64,000 bases of DNA from a virus (IMGVR_UViG_3300006919_000052:339-64338); one strand, 5' to 3'; numbered from the stretch's first letter, positions 18,291-30,200 are shown. Notes: generated from the letters alone by a model not told the origin. Made by a program: numbers and translations.

Positions 18291-18998
18291 ATGGCCCCAC
18301 GAAAAAGAAGAAAAAAAAGTAAAAATTACTTTACCCAAGATACTGAAGATGCTATAGTGTTATATAATAATACTAAAGATTCAGAAATTAGATCTAAAAT
18401 ATACGAACGTGATATCCATTTCGCGTTTTTTAAACTTACCCAGAATATAATTCATACTTTTAAGTTTTACCATACTGAAGTAACAGAATTAGAACATTTA
18501 CAACATGAGATAATTACATTTTTATTATCTAAGATGCATTTATTTGATCCAACTCGTGGTGCGAAAGCATATTCATACTTTGGAACTATTGTTAAAAGGT
18601 GGTTAATATTATATAATACTAAAAATTATAAAAAGAAAATAAATAAAGTAGGTGTAGATGAATTATCTAAAGAAGGATCATCCCATATTTACAGTATAGG
18701 AGATGATAGAATAAAAAGTGATTTAGATAAGTATGTTGATATTTATGTAAATCATGTTGAAAATAACATATTTGATTTATTCCCAAAAAAGAATGATGCT
18801 CAAATAGCAGATGCTATACTTGAGTTATTTAGAAAAAGAGAAGATTTAGAGGTATTTAATAAAAAGGCACTTTATATCTACATAAGAGAAATGGTAGACG
18901 TAAAAACCCCTAAAATTACTAAAATAGCTGATCAACTTCATGATATATTTAAATCACAATATATATTCTTTTTAGAAAACGGTTATACTAGATTCTAA
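18291..18998 (+). CDS. phage sigma factor, T4 gp55-like (putative late sigma)
   Basis: KNYFT..AI.LYN and FDPTRGAKAYSYFGTI resemble sigma region 2 of gp55-like proteins; precedes the structural module. Confidence 0.65.
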   Translation: MAPRKRRKKSKNYFTQDTEDAIVLYNNTKDSEIRSKIYERDIHFAFFKLTQNIIHTFKFYHTEVTELEHLQHEIITFLLSKMHLFDPTRGAKAYSYFGTIVKRWLILYNTKNYKKKINKVGVDELSKEGSSHIYSIGDDRIKSDLDKYVDIYVNHVENNIFDLFPKKNDAQIADAILELFRKREDLEVFNKKALYIYIREMVDVKTPKITKIADQLHDIFKSQYIFFLENGYTRF

Positions 18999-19013
18999 AC
19001 CCTTTCTATATCC

Positions 19014-19022
19014 ATATTTATA
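19014..19022 (+). promoter_or_regulatory. class II promoter motif ATATTTATA
   Basis: 12 nt upstream of the ATG at 19035, start of the structural module. Confidence 0.65.
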
Positions 19023-19034
19023 ACCAAAAATATT

Positions 19035-19388
19035 ATGGGAGCATTAGACAATGTAGTATTTGGAAAGAAGAAATTCTCGGATATCCTTAGTGAAATCTAC
19101 GACAACCAAAAAAAGAAAGATAAACAAATAACAGGTTTAATTTCAGAATTAAAACCACTTATAAATGATATAGGTGATGCCACTTTAATTGTTCCACTCA
19201 TAAAGGAATATATGGAAATTGGCGTTCGTAACGATGAACAATTAATTAAAATGGCTACTATAGTACAGCGTGCGCTTAATAATAGTTCTAGCGATGATTC
19301 AATGGGTATTACCGATGCCGAAAAAGAAGAATTAATGGCTGAATTAGATAAGCTTAACGAAAACTACGAAGAAAACAAGGATGAATAA
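19035..19388 (+). CDS. helical late protein of unknown function
   Basis: 117 aa ORF. Confidence 0.75.
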   Translation: MGALDNVVFGKKKFSDILSEIYDNQKKKDKQITGLISELKPLINDIGDATLIVPLIKEYMEIGVRNDEQLIKMATIVQRALNNSSSDDSMGITDAEKEELMAELDKLNENYEENKDE

Positions 19389-20640
19389 GAAAGGTTTTGC
19401 TGCTTTAAATAATACTTTAAATCCAACACAAGGATCTCAATTACCTACTATAAATGGGTTAATCACTAGTGTTAGAGTAGTAGATATTATATTAGATAAC
19501 CAACACCCTCAATTTGAAGATTATGGTGAATGGAATGGGATTGGTACTATTATGTGCGAAGATGTTACTATAAATCAATTTGATAAAAAAGATTTAACTA
19601 TAGCTACCCCTTTATTGCCCTATTTAAAAAATTTTCCTTTAGTTAATGAAGTAGTATTATTATTTAGTCTACCTAGTAGAAATATGGGTTCTGGTGGTAA
19701 AAAACAAGAATATTACTATTTAAATCCAATTAATCTTTGGAACCACCCCCACCATAATGCATATCCAAGTTCAATAAAAACTAGTGAATTACCTAACCAA
19801 CAACAAAAAAGTTATCAAAGTATAGAAGCAGGATCTGTTAGAAGAATAACAGATGAATCTACAGAAATAAATTTAAATTCTCCTGTAGCTGAACCTGGTA
19901 CTAATGGCGGAACTTTTGTTGAAGAATTAAATGTTCACCCTTTATTACCTTTTACAGGAGATAACATATATGAGGGCAGATTTGGTAATTCTATACGTTT
20001 AGGGAGTACCATAAAGACTAAAAATATTTTATATCAAAATAATTGGTCAGAATTTGGTAAAAATGGTAACCCAATCACAATCCTTAGAAACGGACAATCC
20101 CCAGATAGTTCAGATGAAGGTTGGTTACCTGTGATTGAAAATATAAATAAAGATTTATCTTCTATATATTTAACCTCTAATCAAAAAATTCCATTATCAT
20201 CTGATTTTAGATCATATCCATCTATTACTGGAATTCAACCTGAAACTTTAGGTACTTATAAAAATCCTCAAATTATATTAAACTCAGGACGTTTAGTATT
20301 TAATACTAATTTAGATAGTATTTTAATAAATTCTCATGTTCATGTTGGAATATCTGCTGTTGAAGATATAGGTTTATTTTCTAGAAAAGGGAATATAAAT
20401 ATTAGAGGTAATAATGTAAAATTAGGTGGAGTAAATGCTACAGAATCTTTAATATTAGGAGATACATTTATGATGCAGTTTGGAGCATTATTAGACGCCT
20501 TAAATTTTTTAGCTGAGGCTATTATAGAAGAACCTAATTTAGCTGTAAGTGCTCCTATGGCCGATAATTTAAAATTAATAATTGAAGGATTTAAAGGTCA
20601 ATTAGGGATAATGTTATCAAAAACTGTTCAAACTACATAG
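19381..20640 (+). CDS. baseplate hub/central spike protein (gp5/VgrG/gpV-like)
   Basis: OB-fold-like PLVNEVVLL, then GDNIYEGRFGNSIRLG and beta-helix-like IILNSGRLVFN...; baseplate context. Confidence 0.6.
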   Translation: MNKKGFAALNNTLNPTQGSQLPTINGLITSVRVVDIILDNQHPQFEDYGEWNGIGTIMCEDVTINQFDKKDLTIATPLLPYLKNFPLVNEVVLLFSLPSRNMGSGGKKQEYYYLNPINLWNHPHHNAYPSSIKTSELPNQQQKSYQSIEAGSVRRITDESTEINLNSPVAEPGTNGGTFVEELNVHPLLPFTGDNIYEGRFGNSIRLGSTIKTKNILYQNNWSEFGKNGNPITILRNGQSPDSSDEGWLPVIENINKDLSSIYLTSNQKIPLSSDFRSYPSITGIQPETLGTYKNPQIILNSGRLVFNTNLDSILINSHVHVGISAVEDIGLFSRKGNINIRGNNVKLGGVNATESLILGDTFMMQFGALLDALNFLAEAIIEEPNLAVSAPMADNLKLIIEGFKGQLGIMLSKTVQTT

Positions 20641-20642
20641 AA

Positions 20643-22943
20643 ATGGCAAGTGAAGCATTTATATTAAAATTAGCAGAAGAATTTTTGGGTAGTGCCAAAG
20701 GTAAAAAAATTTTTGGACAGGAACTTCCAACATCTGCTATAAATAAACAAATACAATCTATAGCCAATAAAGCAGAATTAACTGAATCTGAATTAATGAA
20801 TTTAGGTTTCGTAACAGCAGCTCAACAAGGTATAGCAAAAGCTAAAAGTCTAGGAGCAACAGCTAATACAATTAAATCCACAACTAATTCATTACCTAAT
20901 GAAGAATTAAAAGCAATAGGACTACAATATGCTCAAAATCAAGGGATTGAAATTGATTCACTTTCAGAAGAAGATTTAATATCATATGGAAAACAAAATT
21001 TTGAATCCTTTGTTCAAGGTTATACTGATGATATAGATTTTGCTAATTTAAATATAGATTTACCAAATTTATCACTCCAATTCCCAGAATTAAATTTAGA
21101 TTTTTTTGGTGAAGGTTTATCTAGAGAAGAAAGAGCTGCCAGAAGACAAAGTAGAAGGGATAGAAGAAGACAAAGAAGAGATGATGCTCGTGATGCAATT
21201 GAAAATGCTAAAGCGGAAATTAGAGCTTTAATTCGTAAACAACAACGAGATTATACTCCTACACTCAAAACATTTGTTATTAGTGGTAAGGTATATGGTG
21301 AATCTGTACAGATAGAAGAAAAATGGAAAAAAATTGATGAAAATCAAACACTATCTGAATCAGAAAAAAGAACAAGAAAATTAGAAGTTACTACAAGTGA
21401 AACTGATGGGTCCTTTGGTGGTGTAAGAATATCTGCTGCTTACCTTCAAATGCCAGATAACCCAAATTCTTTAGATGACCAATTAAACGAAAGAGTAAAT
21501 ATTAATTCCCCAGACCCAGATTATAATAGTGAAACATTTTCATCTGAAGATGTTTTACCTGTTGTAAATGCTGATGTTAGAGAAATTAATCCTCTAGACA
21601 TAGCAGAAGGAGTAGAATATTTCCCTTATCCTAATATGTTAATATTACCTCCATTTCGTAGTGATGGTAGTAAATTTATGGATATAAGTTTATATACATT
21701 AAAATTAGAAAATCTAACAGCTAAAGAAATTCAAGCTTTATCACCTAAAGAAAGAAGAGAATTTAAAAGAGCAGAAGGTAACCAATTAAGAGAAGCTAGA
21801 AAAGAAGAAAGAAAAGAACTTAAAAAAATAAATTTTGATGCTACAACAAGCCCAATAGATGGAAGTTTTAATATTAGTATAAGAGTACCTGTTTTACCCG
21901 TAAATGAACGAGCTTTACTTAATTTATATTTAGTATATACTAAACCAGGTCATGTTCCTAAATATCAACCTATATTAAACAGGGATAGAACTGTAAAAAG
22001 TGATTTATCTACAGTTAAAATTACTTCTATTGATGTTGAAGTAGAAAGAGCTAAGTTGCTTTATCAAAATGCCTCTAATATGGTATTAAATAAAGCAAAA
22101 GTATTAGGTTTATCTGTAATAGAAGCAGCATTAATACAAAGAAGAAAATCTGTATTAAGAATAACTAATATTATTAAACGTACCTTATTCCCTGTACTTT
22201 TAGGATTACTTATAGAATTTGGTATAACATCTCTTCTCCAAGCAAAACAAAAAACTTGTCCTACTCCTAGTAGATTAAAAGATGTAATTAAAAGAAGAAA
22301 CAAAGTAGTTAGACAATTAAATAATATATATAAAGGAATAGCAGTAAATACAGGAATAGCAGCTGCTGCTCTAGCATTAGGTGCCGCACTTAAATCAGGT
22401 AGAATTTCAATTCAAAGTTTACCTATTCCACAAGCAATTGGTATCCCACCTGCTAAAGATTTTGGAGGTTTAATATCATCACAAACAACAGCATTTCAAA
22501 ATAAATTTACAAACATAATTACTTTATTAAGACAATTAGAAGAAGAAAATAAGGAATTAAATAGAGAATTATTAGTAGCTTTATTATTCGCAGTTGCTGG
22601 ATCTATATCGGCACTAGCTCTTTTAAATGCTATTGATAAACTAACTGAAGAGTGTACTACAGATGATAATCTTCAATTTGAGGCTTTATCACAAGAATTA
22701 ATAGACCTTACACAAGAACAAGAAGAAGATGGAGAACCTATAATATCAAGTATAAACGGATTTGAACTTGCCGTAGAAACAGAAGCTAATGGGTTAGGAG
22801 ATTTAAAAAGAAGATTTGCAGTTGCAAAAGATTCTAGAGGAATAACATTATTAAAAGGAGAACCATCATTTAGTTCAGTAGATCAAATTTTAATAGATGA
22901 ATTAGTATTCTATATACAACAAAACGATTTAAAAGCAGTTTAA
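20643..22943 (+). CDS. large tail-associated protein with Arg-rich coils and C-terminal hydrophobic helices
   Basis: 766 aa; RRQSRRDRRRQRR; LFPVLLGLLIEFGI, GIAAAALALGAAL, LLVALLFAVAGSISALALL. Confidence 0.6.
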   Translation: MASEAFILKLAEEFLGSAKGKKIFGQELPTSAINKQIQSIANKAELTESELMNLGFVTAAQQGIAKAKSLGATANTIKSTTNSLPNEELKAIGLQYAQNQGIEIDSLSEEDLISYGKQNFESFVQGYTDDIDFANLNIDLPNLSLQFPELNLDFFGEGLSREERAARRQSRRDRRRQRRDDARDAIENAKAEIRALIRKQQRDYTPTLKTFVISGKVYGESVQIEEKWKKIDENQTLSESEKRTRKLEVTTSETDGSFGGVRISAAYLQMPDNPNSLDDQLNERVNINSPDPDYNSETFSSEDVLPVVNADVREINPLDIAEGVEYFPYPNMLILPPFRSDGSKFMDISLYTLKLENLTAKEIQALSPKERREFKRAEGNQLREARKEERKELKKINFDATTSPIDGSFNISIRVPVLPVNERALLNLYLVYTKPGHVPKYQPILNRDRTVKSDLSTVKITSIDVEVERAKLLYQNASNMVLNKAKVLGLSVIEAALIQRRKSVLRITNIIKRTLFPVLLGLLIEFGITSLLQAKQKTCPTPSRLKDVIKRRNKVVRQLNNIYKGIAVNTGIAAAALALGAALKSGRISIQSLPIPQAIGIPPAKDFGGLISSQTTAFQNKFTNIITLLRQLEEENKELNRELLVALLFAVAGSISALALLNAIDKLTEECTTDDNLQFEALSQELIDLTQEQEEDGEPIISSINGFELAVETEANGLGDLKRRFAVAKDSRGITLLKGEPSFSSVDQILIDELVFYIQQNDLKAV

Positions 22944-22947
22944 GTTA

Positions 22948-22956
22948 ATATTTATA
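22948..22956 (+). promoter_or_regulatory. class II promoter motif ATATTTATA
   Basis: intergenic, 14 nt upstream of the ATG at 22971. Confidence 0.65.
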
Positions 22957-22970
22957 ATAAATCATTATAT

Positions 22971-23312
22971 ATGAAAATCAGTCAATTAAAAACAATAGTT
23001 AAAGAAGCCGTAAAAGAAGCAATTCAAGATGAATTAAAAGATATTCTTTTAGAGGCTGTACGTGCACCAAAACAAGTAATTGAATCATCAATCCCACAAA
23101 CTAAATTACCTAAACAGGATAAAGTAAAGCTAAGAGAAAATATGATGGGTGTTTTAAATAGCATGAGACCAGGAACTGGAGGTACAATGTCTGCTAATAC
23201 AAATGATATTCCTTTACAGGTAACAAATGCTGATACAGCAAGTCCTAATGGTCAATTACCCCAGGGAAATGTAAGCATGGATCAAATTATGGGATTAATG
23301 AATAAAAGATAA
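22971..23312 (+). CDS. hypothetical late protein
   Basis: MKISQLKTIVKEAVKEAIQDELKDILLEAV N-terminus. Confidence 0.75.
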   Translation: MKISQLKTIVKEAVKEAIQDELKDILLEAVRAPKQVIESSIPQTKLPKQDKVKLRENMMGVLNSMRPGTGGTMSANTNDIPLQVTNADTASPNGQLPQGNVSMDQIMGLMNKR

Positions 23313-23316
23313 TTAA

Positions 23317-23724
23317 ATGGCATTTGGAGAAAGAAGAATATTTCCTGTTGATTTAAACACTAGAAGAGCTGTAGGTATAAACCTCCCTCTTAATGGAGAT
23401 GCTGTCTTTGATCCAAATTATACTACTAAAGAGGCATTAAAAAGCAATTTAATTAATTATTTATTAACTAACCCCGGAGAAAGAATAGCAAATCCACTTT
23501 TTGGTGCTGGTTTAAGACAGTTTATATTTACTCAAATTGCTAAAGACAATTTAGACTTTTTAAGGGAAGATATACAAGATAAAGTAAGTAGGGAATTTAG
23601 TGAAATACAATTAGATAATATATTAGTAACTGAAGAAATAGATGCTAATACTATAAAAGTACAAATTGATTATTCAGTCCCTAATACTAATATCAATGAT
23701 AATTTAATATTAAATTTTGCATAA
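23317..23724 (+). CDS. baseplate wedge protein, gp25/GPW family
   Basis: LKSNLINYLLTNPGERIANPLFGAGLRQFIF. Confidence 0.9.
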   Translation: MAFGERRIFPVDLNTRRAVGINLPLNGDAVFDPNYTTKEALKSNLINYLLTNPGERIANPLFGAGLRQFIFTQIAKDNLDFLREDIQDKVSREFSEIQLDNILVTEEIDANTIKVQIDYSVPNTNINDNLILNFA

Positions 23725-23726
23725 TA

Positions 23727-25568
23727 ATGGCAATTAACAGAAACATAAATTATATTAATAAAGATTTTGCAGATTATAGATCTCAACTTATTAATTTCTC
23801 TCAAACATATTTCCCTAACACTTACTCAGATTTTGATCAGAGTTCTATAGGAATGATGTTTATAGAACAAGCTTCTTATGTAGGGGATGTTCTTTCATTC
23901 TATCTTGATAATCAAGTACAAGAAACTTATTTACAATATGCTAGACAAAATAATAATATATTTGAACTAGCTTATATGTTTAACTATAAACCTAAAGTAA
24001 CATCTTTAGCTACAGTAGATATTGATTTTTATCAATTACTCCCAGCTAAAACTTTACCTAGTACAGAAATTGTCCCAGATTATGATTATGCTTTATTTGT
24101 AGGAGCAAACACTACGGTATCTACTAGATTAGGTGGTAATTATATTATTGAAGACCCTGTAGATTTTACAGTTTCTAGTTCTCAGGATGATACTGATGTT
24201 AGTATAGCTCAAATATCAAATGGAGATCCAACTTATTATTTAATTAAAAAAACTAGAAAAGCAACATCAGGAACTATTCAATCAGAAACTTTTACATTTG
24301 GTGATTTTCAAGAATTTCCAACAGTAAATATTAATAATGGTAATATATCCCATGTAGTAGATATATTTGATTCAAATGGAAATGAATATTTTGAAGTAGA
24401 TCATTTAGGACAAGAATTAGTTTATCAACCAATTAAAAATGATAATGCTAATGATCCTAATAATTATCAAGAAAGTGATGATACTCCTTATTTACTTCAA
24501 ACTAAACAAGTTCAACGTAGATTTACAACTAGATTTAAATCAGATACCCAATTACAAATCCAATTTGGTTCAGGTAACCCATCAGACACTGATGAAGAAG
24601 TTACACCAAACCCAACAAATATAGGTTTAGGGTTGCCTTTTGAAAGAAATAAATTAACAACAGCATATAGTCCAACTAATTTTATTTTTACAAATACTTA
24701 TGGTGTTGCTCCTACTAATACAACATTAACTGTAAGATATTTAACAGGGGGTGGAGTTACATCTAATGTACCTGCTAATTCATTAGTAGTTCCAATTACA
24801 AATGGGGTTAAATTTTTAGCAAGTAGTTTAAATTCAACTACGGCTCAATATATATTTGATTCGTTTGCAACAAATAACCCAAATGCAGCTACTGGAGGAC
24901 AAAATGGAGATACACTTTTAGAAATTAGAGAAAATTCATTATCTAATTATGGAACTCAACTTAGAAATGTTACTGCTGATGATTATTTAATTAGAGCTTT
25001 AAGTATGCCCCCTAAGTATGGTGGTATAAGCAAAGCCTTTATACAAAAACCTCTAGTAAATAATACGGGAGCTGATTTAGATTTATATGTTTTAACATCT
25101 AATACTAATGGTAATTTAATTACAACTTCAACTGCTTTAAAAAATAACTTAAAAGGATATTTAAACCAATATAGAATGATAGGAGATACTATTTCTATAA
25201 AAGATGGTTTTGTAGTTAATATAGGTGTTGAATTTGAAGTAATTATTTCACCTAATTATAATAACAATGAAGTATTAAATGCATGTATTTCTCGATTAAT
25301 TCAATTTTTCCAAATAGAAAATTGGCAAATAAATCAACCAATTATTATAAGAGACTTATATAGTATAATAGATAATGTCCCAGGTACACAAAGTGTTAAA
25401 AATGTTATAATTGTAAATAAAACAGGAACAAATACCGGATATTCTGAATATGCTTATGATATTGATGGAGCAACTCAAAATGGAGTAGTATACCCATCAT
25501 TAGACCCTTGTATATTTGAGGTTAAATACCCAACAGATGATATTAAAGGTAGAATAGTAACATTATAA
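23727..25568 (+). CDS. baseplate wedge subunit (T4 gp6/baseplate J-like)
   Basis: NKDFADYR..L, YSDF..S.GMMFIE..SYVGDVLSFYLD, IQFGSG, GGQNGDT..EIR, RNVTADDY. Confidence 0.9.
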   Translation: MAINRNINYINKDFADYRSQLINFSQTYFPNTYSDFDQSSIGMMFIEQASYVGDVLSFYLDNQVQETYLQYARQNNNIFELAYMFNYKPKVTSLATVDIDFYQLLPAKTLPSTEIVPDYDYALFVGANTTVSTRLGGNYIIEDPVDFTVSSSQDDTDVSIAQISNGDPTYYLIKKTRKATSGTIQSETFTFGDFQEFPTVNINNGNISHVVDIFDSNGNEYFEVDHLGQELVYQPIKNDNANDPNNYQESDDTPYLLQTKQVQRRFTTRFKSDTQLQIQFGSGNPSDTDEEVTPNPTNIGLGLPFERNKLTTAYSPTNFIFTNTYGVAPTNTTLTVRYLTGGGVTSNVPANSLVVPITNGVKFLASSLNSTTAQYIFDSFATNNPNAATGGQNGDTLLEIRENSLSNYGTQLRNVTADDYLIRALSMPPKYGGISKAFIQKPLVNNTGADLDLYVLTSNTNGNLITTSTALKNNLKGYLNQYRMIGDTISIKDGFVVNIGVEFEVIISPNYNNNEVLNACISRLIQFFQIENWQINQPIIIRDLYSIIDNVPGTQSVKNVIIVNKTGTNTGYSEYAYDIDGATQNGVVYPSLDPCIFEVKYPTDDIKGRIVTL

Positions 25569-25571
25569 AAA

Positions 25572-26726
25572 ATGGCAGTATACAAATTATTTCCAATCCA
25601 AGATGCAGCTTTATATTCATTTTATCCCTTTATGAATACAGGGATAGATGCTATTATAGAAGCTGGAAACTTAAATGTAAACTACAATCCAGTACCACAA
25701 GTACAAAGGTTTGTAGTTCAATTTGATCAAGACCAAATTACAAATATTATTAATACTGAAGTAGGTAATACTAAAGCATTTTCTAGTGATTTAAAGTGTT
25801 TTATAGCTCAAGCTCAAGGGGTAGTAATGAAAACAGATATGCATGCATATGCAGTATCAGGTTCATGGGATAATGGATCAGGTACATACTTAGATTCACC
25901 AATAACTACAAATGGTGTAAGTTGGGTATCTAGAAACTTTTCAGGAAGTGGTAATTGGCTTACATCTGGGTGGGATACTTATGTAACTGCTTCATGGTCT
26001 GGAAGTAACAATTCAGGTGGTGGTAATTGGTTTACAGGGTCAAATGATCCTAATAATACTAATTTAACTCCATATCAAACTTTTAATTTAAGAACTGAAA
26101 AAGATATAAAATTAGATGTAACAGATATTGTTAATGTTTGGTACTCTAGTTCAAATTCTATAGGTGGTTATACTAATATTGCAAATGAAGGCTTTATAGT
26201 AAAATGGGAAGATGCAGTTGAATTTAGCACAGCAGACGCTATTCAACCTATAATGCAATTTTATTCAGTAGATACCAATACAATATATCCTCCTGTCTTA
26301 GAAATAAAATGGGATGATCAATCATTTGAAACAGGTAGTTTAAATGAAATAGATTCTACTGATGTATATATAGCATTAGATAGTAATCCTGGAGTATTCT
26401 ATTCAGAAAGCATAAATAGATTTAGATTAAATGTACGCCCTGAATTTCCACCTCGTACTTATCAAACAGGATCTATATTTACAACTAATAATTATTTAAA
26501 TAGTAGTTCATTATATGCTGTAAAAGACTTGGATACTAATGAATTTGTTATTAATTTCGATGATGAATATACAAAAATAAGTTGTGATGAAATTGGAAAT
26601 TATTTTACTATATACATGAATGGTTTAGAACCCGAAAGATATTATAAAATTTTAATACAAACTACTATTAGTGGTAGTACAATAGTAAAAGATGATCAAT
26701 ATTATTTTAAAGTAGTTAATGGATAA
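25572..26726 (+). CDS. structural protein of the baseplate module
   Basis: beta-rich, FYSVDTNTIYPPVLEIKWDD, SGS/TGS-rich; position in operon. Confidence 0.7.
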   Translation: MAVYKLFPIQDAALYSFYPFMNTGIDAIIEAGNLNVNYNPVPQVQRFVVQFDQDQITNIINTEVGNTKAFSSDLKCFIAQAQGVVMKTDMHAYAVSGSWDNGSGTYLDSPITTNGVSWVSRNFSGSGNWLTSGWDTYVTASWSGSNNSGGGNWFTGSNDPNNTNLTPYQTFNLRTEKDIKLDVTDIVNVWYSSSNSIGGYTNIANEGFIVKWEDAVEFSTADAIQPIMQFYSVDTNTIYPPVLEIKWDDQSFETGSLNEIDSTDVYIALDSNPGVFYSESINRFRLNVRPEFPPRTYQTGSIFTTNNYLNSSSLYAVKDLDTNEFVINFDDEYTKISCDEIGNYFTIYMNGLEPERYYKILIQTTISGSTIVKDDQYYFKVVNG

Positions 26727-27238
26727 TGGCTAATACAGAAAGAAAAGTAAATCTTCTTAAATCAGTATTTGGTAAATCTGAATACCAGAAAACAATAGAT
26801 ACTTCTTTTAAAGAATTGGGAGTTACAACTATTGCTCAAGAAATTGAAGAACAGCCAAATGTAGAAGAGTTTTTTGATATGTACAATACCCTTTTTTATG
26901 ACATACCAGCTGAAGGTGCAACTAATTCACATCAATTTTTAGTAGAACAAAGTGGTGAATATATTAATTTTCAAGATAAAACAGAAGAAATACAAGCTTT
27001 AAGAGCTGAAATAGCAAATTTAAGAAGAGAAAATTTAAATTTACAAGTAAATAATTTAAAAGATTTAGGTGGTGAAGGTTTAGAAAAAGATATTGCTAAA
27101 TTAGAAGACCAAATTAATGCTGTTAATGATCAACAATTAGAAGCAGCAAATAAAATACAAACTACTGCTAATTCATTAGCAACATCAACCGCAGAACCAG
27201 AAAATAAACAAGCAAATGCTGTAGGGTATTTTGATTAA
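26726..27238 (+). CDS. coiled-coil structural protein
   Basis: EIQALRAEIANLRRENLNL; TAATG coupling. Confidence 0.7.
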   Translation: MANTERKVNLLKSVFGKSEYQKTIDTSFKELGVTTIAQEIEEQPNVEEFFDMYNTLFYDIPAEGATNSHQFLVEQSGEYINFQDKTEEIQALRAEIANLRRENLNLQVNNLKDLGGEGLEKDIAKLEDQINAVNDQQLEAANKIQTTANSLATSTAEPENKQANAVGYFD

Positions 27239-27240
27239 AT

Positions 27241-30200
27241 ATGGAAGAAGAAAACATTGAAATATACCAAGTAGATTCTACTACTTTTGAAAAAGAAACA
27301 TATTCAGTTTCTGATACTAGTTTAATGTTACAAATTAGTCAGGATACTGATTTTGATTTAGATAGAGATTATATTGAATTTTATGTATATGATGAAAATA
27401 AAAAATTATTATATCCTGAAGATGTAATCCCATTAAATAGTTTTAATGTAAGGCAAGGAGACATATTACTTGATCCTGAAAATGATCTAAAGTCTTTTGG
27501 ATTTGATATAGGAAGATATTACATATCCTATAATTTTTATAGAAAAAGAGTATCATCCGATCCTATTCTTAAATATTATATTAAAGAAATATCATCTGAT
27601 AGAACCGAAATTAGATTAGCTAGTAATACCATATCTAATGAAGCAATATCAACAGGTGCTGAAACATTTACTGCTTATAGAAACTTAGCATCTTATTTTG
27701 TAGATTTTGCTTTAAACTTTGGAGGTAATAATACTATTATTGCTAATAATTTACAATTAGATACTTCTAATGCTGGGGATACTAGTTTATTAATTAAATT
27801 ATATGAACCCTTACCCGCTCAATATACTACAAAAAGTCAATGTTGGATAGTAGAAAAATTATCTAAAAGCCAATCATATGAGGTATTTTTTCCATTTATT
27901 CCCGTTTCTAATGATTCATCAATATTTCTATCAGGTCCTAATCTTAATTTAAACATAATAGGAGAATCAGCTGAAGCAGGTCAATTATATTCTTATAATA
28001 CCCTCTTAAATTCAGATGTTACAAGTTCAATTAACCAACTAAAAAATTTATTAGATTCAAAAGAAATTAATATTAATGTTGATTATGAAAATTATGGAGA
28101 ATTTGTAAATTTTAGTTCTGCCCAAACACGATTAGAAAATTTTTATTATAAAGTTGGGCTAATTGAATCTGCTAGTATCCAATTATCTTTAAATCTTGGA
28201 AATATAGCAGGATCAACTACTACTACAGCAGCTTATAGTTCTAGTAAAGCATCATTAACTTCCATTATTGATAATACAATAAATAATTTTGATGGATATG
28301 AATATTTCCTTTATTTTAATAGTGGATCTAAATACTCATACCCAAAATCTAATACAGAACCACCATTTACTTTATATAGTACAGGAAGTACAGAAGTATT
28401 ACAATGGATAGGTAGTGCAGATTCAACTTCTACATATTATGGAGGCCAAGCACTATCAGCCTCTAATTATGATCAAGATAACCAAGATTGGTTATATTGG
28501 TCAATACCTGAATATTTAAGAAATGATTCAGATAATGTTAGATATGAATTATATTTAGATATGATTGGTCAGCATTTTGATAATGTTTGGCTATATACAA
28601 AAGATATTACTGAAAAGTATAATACGGATAATAGAATTAATTTTGGGGTATCAAAGGATTTAGTAGCTCAAGCTATCAGAGATTTTGGAATTAAATTATA
28701 TTCAAATAATTTTAATACTGACGACTTATTTACTGCCTTTTTAGGATTAACTCCATCAGGTAGTTTATTCCCCTTCCCTAATATAACGGGTTCAATAGGT
28801 GGGCAAGTTAATACACCTACGGGGTATGAGTACATAGATACTAAAATATCATCTTCGAATGATGTAATACCCTTAGACGATACTAATAAGCGTTTATATA
28901 AACGTATTTACCACAACATACCTTACTTATTAAAAACAAAAGGTACAATAGCAGGTTTAAGAGCATTAATTACTTCTTATGGTATCCCTGATACTATGTT
29001 AAGAATTAATGAATTTGGGGGTAAAGATAAAAATGAGAATACTAATTGGGATTTTAGTCAAAATGTATTTAATTATGCTTTTAACACCGGCCCAAACTCA
29101 TTAAATACACTTACATCTTCTTTTAATATTAATGCTAATTTTGGATCAGAAGTACCTTCAGTAAAGTCAGTAGGTACAGTACAACTGAGATTTAAACCAA
29201 ATACAATCCCTGAAATAGTATCAGATAATACACCTAACCCTAAGATTAGATATTCTCAATCTCTATGGGCAATAGATAATGATTTAACTAACCCATTTGA
29301 TAATCCTTCAGCTGCTGTAGTTTTAGAATACACAGGTTCAGGTTTTATAACCGGTTCTTATTCTGGATCTTCACCTAGTGAATATGATACTTGGGGTACT
29401 TTAAAATTCTTTCCAGATGTACTTTATAACCCATCTGTTAGTTGTAGTGTATATGCTCCCTTCTTTAATAACGATTGGTGGTCATTTCAACTAGGATATA
29501 CAGGAGAAGGACCAGCCGGAGCTTCCTCTACTGTTACTGCATCTTTATATGTAGGTAATGAAATTAATGGGGAATTAGGATTTAATTTATCATCCTCAGT
29601 AACAGCTACGGATGGTAGATCATGGACTAGAGGTGATATTTCAACTGTAAATCATAAAGATTTAATTAATATAAATTTAAAATCATATCTACCATTCTCA
29701 GGTTCTTACCAAGAATACAGATTATGGGGACCAGAACTTAGTCAAAGTGTTTTTTATGATTATGTAGTTAATCCTTATTCTGACCAAGGTAACAATGTTA
29801 ATTCTACACCTAATGAATTAGCTTTTAGGGCTGATTTAGGTACAGAATTAAATACTGGAAGTAGAGTTTCTATTCATCCTAGAGTAACAGGTTCCGCTGT
29901 TCAGATTACCCAATCATTTAATGAAATAGGTAATATTGGTAGTAGCTTTTTAATTAATCAAAATAATTCTGATTTATTATTTGTTACTAATGTAGAAAAA
30001 ATATATGAAAATCAAGTAATTGCAGGTATAAAAAATAGAGTATCAGATAATATACAATTACATTCATTAAACATGCCTGAACCACCTTCAGGTTCTGATG
30101 CTGACGTTGTTGTATTATCTCCATTAGAATCTATCCAACAAGAAACATTTGAAAGTGGAAGTTATAGCCCAAAAGCTGATTATTTAGAAGTTGCTTTTTC

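Noticed and set aside
19035-19388. Terminase small subunit
   Set aside because: Size and helicity fit, but no diagnostic motif and no large subunit nearby.
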